Assembly (NCBI RefSeq): GCF_032907665.1
Contig: NZ_JAJJPG010000002.1
Location: 5,320-69,319, forward strand
Source of the DNA: Intrasporangium sp.
Lineage (GTDB): Bacteria; Actinomycetota; Actinomycetes; Actinomycetales; Dermatophilaceae
DNA length: 64,000 bases
Direction: 5' to 3'
Shown one piece after another: positions 42,368 through 52,124 of the stretch. Both the position numbers and the translations under genes were made by a program. The notes under the pieces were generated by a model that saw only the letters and a program-made list of their open reading frames with translations, ran no database searches and was not told the DNA's origin. Each line of letters begins with the position of its first letter. Positions within the stretch are counted from its first letter, which is position 1.

Positions 42368-43813
42368 ATGTCGACCCCGACGACAACATCGCCAACGGCT
42401 CCGGCGCCCCGGCCGGTGCCTCCCCAACCACCCCAGCCCTCCTCCGCGGAGTCCGGCGCTCACGGACACCGACCCCGATGGGTCCTCCCGGTGGTCGCGG
42501 TGGCCATCCTCGCTGTCCTCGGCGTGGTCGGCCTCCTCGTGTGGAACAACTGGGTGCCCTCGGCTCCCGGTGGTGCCAGCGCCGGCACCCCCACGGCGAC
42601 GTCCGTGGAGCTGACGTGGACCGCGCCGACCGAGGGTCCCGACGTGGACCAGTACCTCGTCCTGCGAGGAGGCAGCGAGGTCGCGACCGTGCCCAGCGAG
42701 GTCACCAGCTACGCGGATGACGGTCTCCTGCCCGACTCGACGTACCACTACACGATCGTGGCGGCGTCCGGATCGAAGCGGTCGGATCCCTCCGCCGAGA
42801 TCACCGTCCACACCATGCCGGCCGCGCCCACCGACCTGCGCGGGACCGCGGTCACCGACACCTCGGTGACGCTGCGCTGGGCCGAGCCCTCCGAGGGCCC
42901 GCTTCCCGACGCGTGGGTGGTCGCGCGTGACGGGGCCGAGGTGGGGACGGTCGTCGGCGAGCAGACGTCGTTCGACGACGACTCGCTGCAGCCCGGAACG
43001 CGCTACACCTATGTCGTCGTCGCGTCGTCCGGGACCGCCCGCTCCGAGCCCTCCGACCCGCTCGGCGTGCAGACTCTGCCGAGCGCGCCGACGGGCCTCA
43101 AGGTGACGGCCCGGACCACATCCACCATCACGCTGCAGTGGGCCTACCCCGACGGCGCCGCCGTCGACCAGTTCCGGGTCCTCCGTGACGACGCCGAGGT
43201 CGCCACCGTGCCAGGAACGGCTCGGACCTTCGCGGACAAGGGCCTCTCGCCCGGGCGCTCGTACTCGTACCAGCTCGTTGCCCTGCTCGCGGGCACGTCC
43301 TCGGAGGAGAGCGGGGCCCTCAAGGCCACGACCGCCACACCTCCGGTGTCCGACGCCAGGCTCACCGGCACCTACGACGTGGACGGCAAGATCACGAAGA
43401 GCTCGAGCACGCTCACCCTCGGCGGCGACCCGGCCCTCGGCCAGACGATCGCGGGATGGTGGCGGATCACCCCGAAGTGCGACACCGGTGCCTGCGACGC
43501 GGTCCTCAAGGGCAGCCTGGGCGGCCACGCGTTCACGATCAACCTCGACCGTGACGGCGCCGAGTACACCGGCTCGACCACGGCGCAGATCTCGTACTGC
43601 ACCGGACCCAACGGCAAGATCGAGGTGACCGACACCCTGACCTTCACGGGAACGGTGACCAAGGCCGGCCTCGTGGACGACGTCTGGGTGGCGACCGCGT
43701 GGAAGGGCACTCTCGCGATGAAGGCGCCCTACACGTCCGCCGGCACCGTCGGCAACATGCGGTACTACTGCCCGGCCGGCAGCCTGACGGCGACCGTGAG
43801 CGCCACTCGCTGA
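42368..43813 (+). CDS. Membrane-anchored fibronectin type III protein
   Basis: Pro-rich N-terminus, one TM helix, three Fn3 repeats (L.W...Y...GL.PG..Y.Y). Confidence 0.82.
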   Translation: MSTPTTTSPTAPAPRPVPPQPPQPSSAESGAHGHRPRWVLPVVAVAILAVLGVVGLLVWNNWVPSAPGGASAGTPTATSVELTWTAPTEGPDVDQYLVLRGGSEVATVPSEVTSYADDGLLPDSTYHYTIVAASGSKRSDPSAEITVHTMPAAPTDLRGTAVTDTSVTLRWAEPSEGPLPDAWVVARDGAEVGTVVGEQTSFDDDSLQPGTRYTYVVVASSGTARSEPSDPLGVQTLPSAPTGLKVTARTTSTITLQWAYPDGAAVDQFRVLRDDAEVATVPGTARTFADKGLSPGRSYSYQLVALLAGTSSEESGALKATTATPPVSDARLTGTYDVDGKITKSSSTLTLGGDPALGQTIAGWWRITPKCDTGACDAVLKGSLGGHAFTINLDRDGAEYTGSTTAQISYCTGPNGKIEVTDTLTFTGTVTKAGLVDDVWVATAWKGTLAMKAPYTSAGTVGNMRYYCPAGSLTATVSATR

Positions 43814-43826
43814 GCGCCGGGTTGGA

Positions 43827-43860
43827 GGAGGGACCCGGACCGACAGGCCCGGGTCCCTCC
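43827..43860 (+). terminator. Perfect 12-bp stem hairpin
   Basis: GGAGGGACCCGG-N10-CCGGGTCCCTCC after the Fn3 stop. Confidence 0.7.
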
Positions 43861-43997
43861 GCGTGTTCTCCGGTTCCGCCGCGGTGGACAGTCCGACCGT
43901 GCCATTCTCGGGCAAGGGATCACTCGCGGTGGCTCGCCGGAGGCTGTGCACTTGAGCGACGCCGACTCGTCGCCGCCCGAGGCCAGGGAGGTGCCCG

Positions 43998-45902
43998 GTG
44001 AACGCGACGCCCTTCGAGGGAACCGATGTGACGGCTGGAGCCTCAGGGTGGCGCGCGAGGGTGGTGAGCGCCGAGGATGCCGCAGCAGCGATTCCCGCGG
44101 GCTCGACGGTCTACGTCGGCAGTGCGTGCGCGACACCGCGCACCGTGGTGCGTGCGCTCGAGGACCATCCTTTCGAGCACCTCGGCATGCGTCTGGTCCA
44201 CCACCTCACCGACGGTGTCCGCAACGCGCTCTCCACGGGGACCAACTTCGAGCACCGCACCCTCTTCGTCGGCGCCGAGCTCGCCGACCTCGTGAGCAGG
44301 GTGCAGCCGCACGGGGTGTCGGTCGACTACGTGCCGATGAGCCTCACCGACCTCCCGGCCAGCCTGCGGAACGGGCGGGTGCGGATCGATGCAGCGGTCG
44401 TCCAGGTCACGCCGCCGCGCGACGGCCTGGTCAGCCTCGGCGTGTCGGTCGACGCCGCACCCGCGGCCATCGAGTCGGCCGGCCTCGTCGTCGCCGAGGT
44501 GAACCCGGCCATGCCGTGGACCGAGGGTGCGAGCACGGTCCCCGTCGACCGCATCGACCTCTTCGTCGAGGTGCCCGGTCCCGTCATCTCCTACGAGCAC
44601 CCGGGCGTCGGCGACGTCGGTGAGCGGATCGCGGGCTACGTCGCGCGGGTCATCGACGACGGGGCGACGATCCAGGTCGGCCTCGGCCGCATCCCGACCG
44701 CCGTGCTGGCGCACCTCACCCAGCGCCGGGATCTCGGCATCCACTCCGACGTCATCACCGACGCGGTCCTCGACCTCGTCGAGGCGGGCATCGTCACCGG
44801 GACGTCCAAGAGCGTCGACGTCGGGGCCGTGGTGACGAGCGCGGCCATGGGGACGCAGCGCCTCTACGACGCCATCGCAGACAACCCCCGCTTCCAGTTC
44901 CGCCCCATCGACGAGGTGCAGGCGGGGCTCGCGGCGCAGCATCGGCTCGTTTCCGTGACGCAGGCCTTCCGCGTCGACCTCACCGGGCAGGTCTGCGTCG
45001 ACGCGCTCGGCGGGAACCTCTACGGGGGGCTCGGCGCCCAGGTCGACTTCCACCGGGCGGCCGCCCAGTCACCGGGCGGCAAGGCCATCGTCGCCCTCGC
45101 CTCGCGGCAGCCCGACGGCTCCCCCGCGTTCGTCGCCGACCTCGGCCCGAACGAAGCGGTGGCCATCCCGCGACACGAGGTGCGTTGGGTGGCAACCGAG
45201 TTCGGGATCGTCTACCTGCACGGCCGGTCCCTCCGGGAACGGACCATGGCTCTCGTCGAGCTGGCCCACCCCGACGACCGCGAGGCCCTCCTCGGCGCCG
45301 CCAAGGCGGCTGGTCTCGTCCCACCGGACCAGAAGTTCCGCTCGCGCCAGCAGTACCCGGCCGCAGAGGAGCGGCGGGTCGAGCTCAAGGACGGCAGCGT
45401 GGTCCTGATCCGTCCGACCCACACCGGTGACGCGCCGCTGCTCCAGGACCTCTTCTTCCGGATGCGTCCCGAGGACGTGCGCACCCGCTTCTTCCGCAAC
45501 CTGTCCTCCTTGACGCGCAACGCTGCCGAGCACCTCACCAACGTCGGCTACGACTCCGAGATGGCGTTCGTGGCCGTCCGGGGGGAGCGGGAGAACGAGG
45601 AGGTCGTCGGGTCCGCGCAGTACTACGTCGACGCCGACAGTGGCTGTGCCGACGTCGCCTACATGGTCGACTCCGCCTGGCAGGGACGCGGCCTCGGGCG
45701 CGCCCTGAACCGGATCATCTCCGACTACGCGGCCCGGCACGGGGTCCGCGCCTTCACTGCGGACGTCCTCGTCGGAAACGACGCGATGCTCCACGTGCTC
45801 ACCTCCGGCGGAGACGTGGAGGTTCGCACGGCAAACGGCATCCACGAGCTCCGCGTCCCCACACGGGCGCTCGCCGAGGGGGAGTCGTGGATCGCCTCCT
45901 GA
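43998..45902 (+). CDS. Acetyl-CoA hydrolase/CoA-transferase-like domain fused to a Pat-type GNAT acetyltransferase
   Basis: IQVGLGRIP, GIHSDVITD, VDLTGQV, QVDF; C-terminal RTRFF...DSAWQGRGLG...VLVGNDAML. Confidence 0.85.
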   Translation: MNATPFEGTDVTAGASGWRARVVSAEDAAAAIPAGSTVYVGSACATPRTVVRALEDHPFEHLGMRLVHHLTDGVRNALSTGTNFEHRTLFVGAELADLVSRVQPHGVSVDYVPMSLTDLPASLRNGRVRIDAAVVQVTPPRDGLVSLGVSVDAAPAAIESAGLVVAEVNPAMPWTEGASTVPVDRIDLFVEVPGPVISYEHPGVGDVGERIAGYVARVIDDGATIQVGLGRIPTAVLAHLTQRRDLGIHSDVITDAVLDLVEAGIVTGTSKSVDVGAVVTSAAMGTQRLYDAIADNPRFQFRPIDEVQAGLAAQHRLVSVTQAFRVDLTGQVCVDALGGNLYGGLGAQVDFHRAAAQSPGGKAIVALASRQPDGSPAFVADLGPNEAVAIPRHEVRWVATEFGIVYLHGRSLRERTMALVELAHPDDREALLGAAKAAGLVPPDQKFRSRQQYPAAEERRVELKDGSVVLIRPTHTGDAPLLQDLFFRMRPEDVRTRFFRNLSSLTRNAAEHLTNVGYDSEMAFVAVRGERENEEVVGSAQYYVDADSGCADVAYMVDSAWQGRGLGRALNRIISDYAARHGVRAFTADVLVGNDAMLHVLTSGGDVEVRTANGIHELRVPTRALAEGESWIAS

Positions 45903-46312
45903 CCGTCGACCGGGTGGCCATGCTGCGCCATGTCGGGATCTTCGCCGAGACCCCTGGCCGGGTCCTCGCCGGTCTCGCGGGGGCCCTCACCGAGGAGTCC
46001 TTCGTCGCGGGTGAGGCGGTCATTCGCCGGGGCGCAACCGAGGACTGGCTCCACGTGGTGACGTCGGGAACCATCGAGATCATCCGCGAGGACGGACGGA
46101 TCCGCGCCGATGCCCCGGTCGTCGTCGGAGATCTCGCCGTCCTCGACCCGCAGCCCCGGTCCGCGACGGTGCTGGCCGTCACGGACGTCGCCGCCCTGCG
46201 GCTCGCGAAGGCGGACTTCGACGAAGCGCTCGAGAGCCGCCCCGAGATCGCGCGCGGCGTCATCCTCGCCCTCGTCGAGCGGCTCCGCGAGAAACGCGAA
46301 CCGCACCCGTGA
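45887..46312 (+). CDS. Stand-alone cyclic-nucleotide-binding domain protein
   Basis: GDLAVLDPQPRSATV; N-terminal LTVDRVAMLRHVGIFAETP. Confidence 0.85.
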   Translation: MDRLLTVDRVAMLRHVGIFAETPGRVLAGLAGALTEESFVAGEAVIRRGATEDWLHVVTSGTIEIIREDGRIRADAPVVVGDLAVLDPQPRSATVLAVTDVAALRLAKADFDEALESRPEIARGVILALVERLREKREPHP

Positions 46313-48954
46313 GGCTGCGGCTGCTCGCGCTGCTCGGCGGACAGGCGGTCGCCCTCGGGCTGACCGTCGCCTTCCTCGTCGTCCCCGCGAGCGCCGTCTT
46401 CCTCCACACCTATGGCGCAGGGGCCCTGCCCTACGCGTACCTGACGGTCGCGGTGGGCGGCGTCGCCGTGTCGTCCGCCCTCACGGTGGCGCAACGCCGT
46501 ATGCCGCTGGGCCGGCTCGCGCTCACCGTGCTGAGCCTCTATGTGGTGCTCGTCTTCGGGGCCTGGCTGCTGCTGAGCCGGTGGGACATGGCCTGGGTCA
46601 CCTTCGTCCTCATCGTCCTCTTCCCGCTCTCGATCCCCACCGGCTTCCTCGTCGTCGGCTCGCAGGCCGTGCGGCTCTACGACGTGCAGACCCTCAAGCG
46701 GGACTTCCCGCGGATCGTGTCAGGCTTCTCGATCGGCTTCGCGGCCGGTGGTCTGGCGGCTGCGGCACTGGTCGAACCCCTCGGAGCGGCGACGCACCTG
46801 CTCCTCATCGACGTCGCCATGGCCCTCGTCTTCATCGGGGTCGTCTGGGCCACGAACCGGCAGTACCCCGGCCAGCTCCTCGCAGCGCCGTCCGAGACGC
46901 GCCGGCCCACGGAGCCGAGGCGGTCCACCCCCCGGCTGGCCGAGCTGCGGCTGCTCCGCGAGCCCTTCGTCCTGCTCGTGCTCGGCTACCAGATCCTCTC
47001 AGCTGCCGTGACCCAACTGTTCGACTACGTCGTCTGGGAGCGAGCCGCCGCCTACTACGAGGACCCGGAGAGCCTGGCCCAGTTCATGGGAACCTTCGGT
47101 GCGATCCTCAACATCGTCGCGGTCCTCTTCACGCTCCTGCTGGCGGGGCGCCTCCTCGCGCGCTTCGGCATCGGATTCGGCTTGCTGGCCAACCCGTTCG
47201 GCGCCCTCCTGCTGACCATCGTCGTCCTCGGGGTGGGCGCGGGCCCGGGCATCGCGACCTTCGCCTACCTCGTCGCCGTGTGCGCGGCCCAGGTCGTCGA
47301 CATCACGTTGACCGACGGCACGACCCGCACCTCGATCGCCGCGACCTACCAGGGCATCCGGCGGGCCGATCGGCTGCGCGCCCAGACCTTCGTCGAGGGG
47401 GCGGGGATCCCCATCGCCGTCGGGCTCGTCGGGGCCTTCCTCCTCGTCGTCCGAGCCCTGGGCCTCGACGTGCGGGCCGTCGTGTGGACCACCGGAGCGC
47501 TCACCCTCGTCTGGATCTGGCTGGCGGTCCGGGCACACCGCCGCTACGGTCAGCGGCTCGGCACGGTGCTCACCGACCGGTCCTGGGACCCGGTGGCGCT
47601 CCGGGTCGACGACACGGCGGCCACGGCGGTCGAGCGGCTGCTCGAGAGCCGCGACGCTGTCGATCGGTGCACGGCGATCGAGGTCCTCAGCGACGCCCGC
47701 TCGCCGGCGGTCGTGCCCGTCGCCATGGAGGCGCTCTCGGACGTCGCAGCCGCCGTGCGCAGCGTCGCGGTCGAGGCGATCGCGGGCGCCGATGCCGCGG
47801 CGCGCCCTGAGGTCGCGGAGCGACTCGTCACGCTTCTCGCTGACCCCGACGCCGGGGTGCGCGCACGGGCCGCGGCCGCCGTGTCGCGAGAGGGATCGGA
47901 CCGGCGGGAGGACGGGCACGGGGTGTGGCGAGAGATGCTCGCCGACACGTCGACCAGGGTGGAGGCCCTCCTCGCCGCGGCCGCGGTGCCCAGCGCCGTC
48001 CTCGTCCCGGACCTCGTCGGCCTGTTGGGCGACCAGCGCATTCCACCCGCACTCGATGCCGCACTCAGCGCCCACGGTGACCATCTCGTCGACGAGCTCG
48101 CCGGGCGCCTCGAGGGCGGCCCCGCGACCCCGGGGACGGCGATCCTCAGCACCGCCGTGGCGAGAGGCGGCGGTGAGCGGGGTCGAGCGCTGCTCCTTGC
48201 CGCGCTCGTCGACGACCGCGCAGACGTCGCGGCAGCGGCGGCCACCGGCCTGTCCCGCGTGCCGCGCGAAGGGCGGGCCGCGGCCCTCGACGCCCGCGCC
48301 AGACGCGCCGTCGCCACGGCCGTCGACCGGGAGCTCCTGCACGCCGGTCATCTCGTCGACGCGCTCGACGCTCTCGATGCGCTCGAGGCGAGTGTCGATG
48401 CGGCGCCCCTGCGCGAGGCGCTCGCCGACGAGCTGGCCGAGTCGTCCCGGCGGCTGCTCACGCTCGTGGCTGTCGTCGTCCCCGGCCTCACGGCGGAGCG
48501 GGTCACGGCGGGCCTCGGGTCCAGCGACGAGCGCACGCGAGGACTCGCACAGGAGCTGATCAGCGTCGCACTGGGCCGACGGGCCTCCCGGGTCCTCGCG
48601 GTGGTCACTCCCGGCCTGGCCCCGCGGGAGCGGCTGGCCGGCCTCGGCCGGGCCGGCGCGGTGACGGACCCAGCCGCTCTCGTGGTCGACATCGCGCGCG
48701 GCGCGGAGGTGCCTTGGCGCGATCCCTGGCTGCGGGCGTCTGCCCTGCGGGTGCTGCCCGGCATGGCGCCAGAGGCCGTCGACGAGGTCGTCGCCACCCT
48801 TCGCACCGAGCGACGAGCGGGGGCCGGCGCCTCCGCCGCGGGATCCACGCTGGACTGGGTCGTCACGGAGACGGTGCAGTGGCTGGATCAGGCGGAGGCG
48901 TCGGTGGCGAGTCGGAAGTCCGCCAGCGCCTCGGCCGACCCGGAGCTGCCCTGA
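46309..48954 (+). CDS. MFS-like (Npt/TLC-like) membrane domain plus HEAT-like helical repeats
   Basis: About 12 hydrophobic helices to ~aa 410, then repeats such as LSDVAAAVRSVAVEAI and LADPDAGVRARAAAA; DPWLRASA. Confidence 0.68.
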   Translation: MRLRLLALLGGQAVALGLTVAFLVVPASAVFLHTYGAGALPYAYLTVAVGGVAVSSALTVAQRRMPLGRLALTVLSLYVVLVFGAWLLLSRWDMAWVTFVLIVLFPLSIPTGFLVVGSQAVRLYDVQTLKRDFPRIVSGFSIGFAAGGLAAAALVEPLGAATHLLLIDVAMALVFIGVVWATNRQYPGQLLAAPSETRRPTEPRRSTPRLAELRLLREPFVLLVLGYQILSAAVTQLFDYVVWERAAAYYEDPESLAQFMGTFGAILNIVAVLFTLLLAGRLLARFGIGFGLLANPFGALLLTIVVLGVGAGPGIATFAYLVAVCAAQVVDITLTDGTTRTSIAATYQGIRRADRLRAQTFVEGAGIPIAVGLVGAFLLVVRALGLDVRAVVWTTGALTLVWIWLAVRAHRRYGQRLGTVLTDRSWDPVALRVDDTAATAVERLLESRDAVDRCTAIEVLSDARSPAVVPVAMEALSDVAAAVRSVAVEAIAGADAAARPEVAERLVTLLADPDAGVRARAAAAVSREGSDRREDGHGVWREMLADTSTRVEALLAAAAVPSAVLVPDLVGLLGDQRIPPALDAALSAHGDHLVDELAGRLEGGPATPGTAILSTAVARGGGERGRALLLAALVDDRADVAAAAATGLSRVPREGRAAALDARARRAVATAVDRELLHAGHLVDALDALDALEASVDAAPLREALADELAESSRRLLTLVAVVVPGLTAERVTAGLGSSDERTRGLAQELISVALGRRASRVLAVVTPGLAPRERLAGLGRAGAVTDPAALVVDIARGAEVPWRDPWLRASALRVLPGMAPEAVDEVVATLRTERRAGAGASAAGSTLDWVVTETVQWLDQAEASVASRKSASASADPELP

Positions 48955-50486
48955 ATCGCAGTGAGGAAGTCGTCCCTGCCGAGACAGTAGGTCGTCAGGT
49001 TCCCGGGAGCCGTCACCGTGGCGGTCCGCCTGCCCTTCCGGAGCAGCGCGATCTCACCGAAGCTGTCGCCGGGACCGAGGCCGGGACGCGGAGCCCCGCC
49101 CACGGCCACTTCCGCGGTCCCCGAGGCGACGATGTGCACCGTCTCGCCCTCGTCGCCCTCCCTCATGACGACATCACCGGCGCGATAGTCACACCGCTCG
49201 AGTCGACCGGCGAGGTGTTCGACGACGACCACCGGGAGGGGCTCGAAGATGGCCACCCCGGAGAGCAGCTCAGTGGTCCCCTGCGCCTCGCCGGCGGAGC
49301 GGTCGACGGCCCCGAAGGCGCCGAGGTAGCAGATCGCGAGGACGGCGACGACGACCCCGATCGTGAGCAGCGCCGCGCGCACGGGCACGACCTCGATGAC
49401 GACGGGTGCGACGGCCGCCCCGACGGCCATTCCCGTGCACGCAACGATCTCGACCGCACCCAGGGCCTGTGCTGCTGAACCCCGGGGCGCAAGGCGGGCC
49501 ACCGAGGTGAAGAGGCTCGCGTCCTCGACGGCGTTGCCGACGCCGATGACGAGCATGCCGATTCCGGCGACCCACGGGCTGCCACCGACGGACAGGACGG
49601 CCAGCCCGACTCCCCACGCGAACACGCCACCGACCATGCTGCGGCCGAGCCGCGAGACGTGCAGGACCCGCGTGCCCACCGCCGCGCCGATGAGGCCGCC
49701 GACCCCGAGGGCGGCCCAGAGCCATCCGACGACGTCCTCGCCGAGCCGCAGCTCCCCCAGGACGAGGATCACGAGCAGCACCGTGAGCACTCCCCGGGCG
49801 AAGGTCTGCGCGAAGACCAGCGCCGGTGCCCCGCCCCCGCGGACGACGCGGGCGAGCACACCGAGCCCAGCGGCAAAGGACCTCTGTCGGGCTTCCCCGC
49901 GATGGCGCAGGTAGGCCTCGGGCAGCTGCACACGGGACAACGGCACGAGGGCCAGCGCGAGACAGACCGCTCCGATCGCGAGCGCCCGGTCGGGGGTGGT
50001 TGCGAGCAGGGCCGCGCCGGCGAGGGCGGGGCCGACGAGTGCTGCCGTGCTCTCGATCCCGGTCGACGCGACGTTGGCCACGGCGAGCTCTCGCGGCGTG
50101 TGGACGAGCCAGGGGAGGATCGCTGCCTGGAGCGGACGATACGTGCTGAGCAGCCCGCACGCGATGGTCCCCAGGGCCAGGACGACGAGGACCGGCCACC
50201 CGGCCATCGCCGCTGCGGCCGCCACGCACAGCGCGCCGATCGCGACACCCACGACCCAGCGCAGGAGGGTGCCGAGGTGCATGCGGTCGCCGGCGTGCCC
50301 CACCAGGGCGGACATCGCTGCGCCGATGACCGCCAGCCCGGCCGAGGTCGCAGCCAGCAGTCCGGGCCCACCCCGCTGATAGGCCAGCACGAGGAGGACC
50401 ACAGGTGAGAACAGCCGCGCGGTTGCCGCGAGCCCCCAAGCGGTCTGGAGGCCTCGTCGTGGCGACAGGAGCGTGCCCCAGCCCAT
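48888..50486 (-). CDS. MFS transporter fused to a C-terminal cNMP-binding domain
   Basis: About 12 TM helices; FGEIALLRKGRRTATV. Confidence 0.83.
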   Translation of the reverse strand: MGWGTLLSPRRGLQTAWGLAATARLFSPVVLLVLAYQRGGPGLLAATSAGLAVIGAAMSALVGHAGDRMHLGTLLRWVVGVAIGALCVAAAAAMAGWPVLVVLALGTIACGLLSTYRPLQAAILPWLVHTPRELAVANVASTGIESTAALVGPALAGAALLATTPDRALAIGAVCLALALVPLSRVQLPEAYLRHRGEARQRSFAAGLGVLARVVRGGGAPALVFAQTFARGVLTVLLVILVLGELRLGEDVVGWLWAALGVGGLIGAAVGTRVLHVSRLGRSMVGGVFAWGVGLAVLSVGGSPWVAGIGMLVIGVGNAVEDASLFTSVARLAPRGSAAQALGAVEIVACTGMAVGAAVAPVVIEVVPVRAALLTIGVVVAVLAICYLGAFGAVDRSAGEAQGTTELLSGVAIFEPLPVVVVEHLAGRLERCDYRAGDVVMREGDEGETVHIVASGTAEVAVGGAPRPGLGPGDSFGEIALLRKGRRTATVTAPGNLTTYCLGRDDFLTAIQGSSGSAEALADFRLATDASA

Positions 50487-50577
50487 TCCCGCATTGTCTC
50501 GCTGCGGTGACGAACGCGGAACCCGTCATCATGGAGGTGGGGCCGGGCAGTGGGCGCGCGAGGGTGAAGGAGGTGCT

Positions 50578-51447
50578 GTGCCGGAGGGTGACACCGTGTG
50601 GCGCACCGCTCGCCGTCTCCACGAGGCCCTGGCCGGGCGGGGGATCGTCGAGTCGGACCTGCGCTGGCCCTCGCTCGCGACCGCCGACCTGTCGGGTCGG
50701 CGCACCCTCGAGGTGGTCAGTCGCGGCAAGCATCTCCTGCATCGGTTCGAGGGTGGTCTCACGCTCCACTCACACCTGCGGATGGAGGGCCAGTGGCGGA
50801 TCGAGGCGACCCCACGGCTGCAGCCGCGGTGGCGTCGGTCGCCGGACCTCAGGGCGCTTCTCGCCGCATCCGAGTGGACGGCGCTGGGCCTCCGGCTCGG
50901 GATGCTCGACCTCGTGGAGACCCGTCAGGAGTCGGACCTCGTCGGGCACCTGGGCCCGGACCTGCTCGGACCCGACTGGGACGCGGAGCGCGCCGTCGAC
51001 AACCTCGCGACGTCCGGTATGCCCCTCGGGGAGGCCCTCCTCGACCAGCGCAACCTCGCCGGCCTCGGCACCCTGTGGACGGCGGAGACGCTCTTCGTCC
51101 TGGGGATCCACCCCTGGACCACCGCGTCCCAGCTGGACCGGGCGACGCTCGAGCAGGTCGTGGCCCGGGCCCGCCACCTCATCGACCGCGGCCGACGCGA
51201 TGCGGTCCAGTCCTCGACCGGCTCACTGGCCCGGGGCGAGTCGACCTACGTGCACGGGCGCAGCGGACGACCCTGCCGACGCTGCGGTGCGACAGTGCGC
51301 GTCGCCCTCGTCGGGGAGCCGACCCGCGAGCGGACGATGTTCTACTGCCCCTCCTGTCAGGGCGGACTCGGCCCGACCGACGACGGTCGCCCGCAACGGC
51401 CGCTCGGCTCGGAGTCCGGGCGGCGTCGCGTCACGGGTCAGCGCTGA
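50578..51447 (+). CDS. nei: Fpg/Nei DNA glycosylase (Nei2-like)
   Basis: N-terminal MPEGD, RGKHLL, HLRMEG, LLDQRNLAGLG, C4 zinc finger CRRC/CPSCQ; AAGGAGG RBS. Confidence 0.92.
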   Translation: MPEGDTVWRTARRLHEALAGRGIVESDLRWPSLATADLSGRRTLEVVSRGKHLLHRFEGGLTLHSHLRMEGQWRIEATPRLQPRWRRSPDLRALLAASEWTALGLRLGMLDLVETRQESDLVGHLGPDLLGPDWDAERAVDNLATSGMPLGEALLDQRNLAGLGTLWTAETLFVLGIHPWTTASQLDRATLEQVVARARHLIDRGRRDAVQSSTGSLARGESTYVHGRSGRPCRRCGATVRVALVGEPTRERTMFYCPSCQGGLGPTDDGRPQRPLGSESGRRRVTGQR

Positions 51448-52124
51448 AGGGCCCTGAGCGCCATCGGCCTGCCGCCGCTGAGCCGCGCCACCTGCGCCAG
51501 ATAGAGCTCTGCGCAGGCGAGGGCGTCGGTCAGGGCCTCGTGCGCCACGTAGCGGGGCAGTCCGAGGTGAGCTCGGGCCGTCGCCAGACGCAGCGCCCCC
51601 GGCGGCAGGTCGGCGCCGGAATGACTGCGCAGCACGCGGGCCTGCAGCTCCATCGTGTCGACCACCTCGACCGGGAGCGGTACCCCGTGCGTGCGCTCGC
51701 ACCCCGCGGAGAGGAACTCGGTCTCGATTCCTGCGTGGTGGGCGAGCAGCACCCGGCCCCGCAGCGCGTCCGCAACACGGTCGATGATCTCCGACAGCGC
51801 GATGCCCTCGTCCAGGGCGTCGTCGGTGATGCCGTGGACGGCGGCGCTCTGGCCGACCTCGGCATGGGCACGGCAGAGGAGCCGCTGTGCACCGGAGAGG
51901 TCGATGACGAGCCCGTCGACCGGCACGAAGCCGACCGAGACGACGTGGTCGACGCGTGGGTCGAGGCCGGTCGTCTCGAGGTCGAGGGCGAGGAGCGGCA
52001 GTGCGGCCACGTCCGTGCGGGAGGAGGGGCTCGGAGTGGCGAGGCACTCGCGGACCGGCCCCGGCGGAGCCTGTCCCGCAAGCCGGGCCCGTCGCCGGTC
52101 CCGGCCGAGCAGCGCACGGATCAC
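51438..52124 (-). CDS. DEDDh 3'-5' exonuclease family protein
   Basis: DLETTG, AHH, HEALTDA. Confidence 0.87.
   Translation of the reverse strand: MIRALLGRDRRRARLAGQAPPGPVRECLATPSPSSRTDVAALPLLALDLETTGLDPRVDHVVSVGFVPVDGLVIDLSGAQRLLCRAHAEVGQSAAVHGITDDALDEGIALSEIIDRVADALRGRVLLAHHAGIETEFLSAGCERTHGVPLPVEVVDTMELQARVLRSHSGADLPPGALRLATARAHLGLPRYVAHEALTDALACAELYLAQVARLSGGRPMALRALQR

Noticed and set aside
48888-48954. 67-bp overlap of convergent genes as a sign of frameshift or pseudogene
   Set aside because: Both proteins appear complete; 3' overlaps are common in high-GC genomes.
42252-50523. ACGCGGGACC / ACGCGGAACC as attachment-site repeats bounding the lhr-nei insert
   Set aside because: Only 9/10 identity in GC-rich DNA, with no integrase or tRNA nearby.
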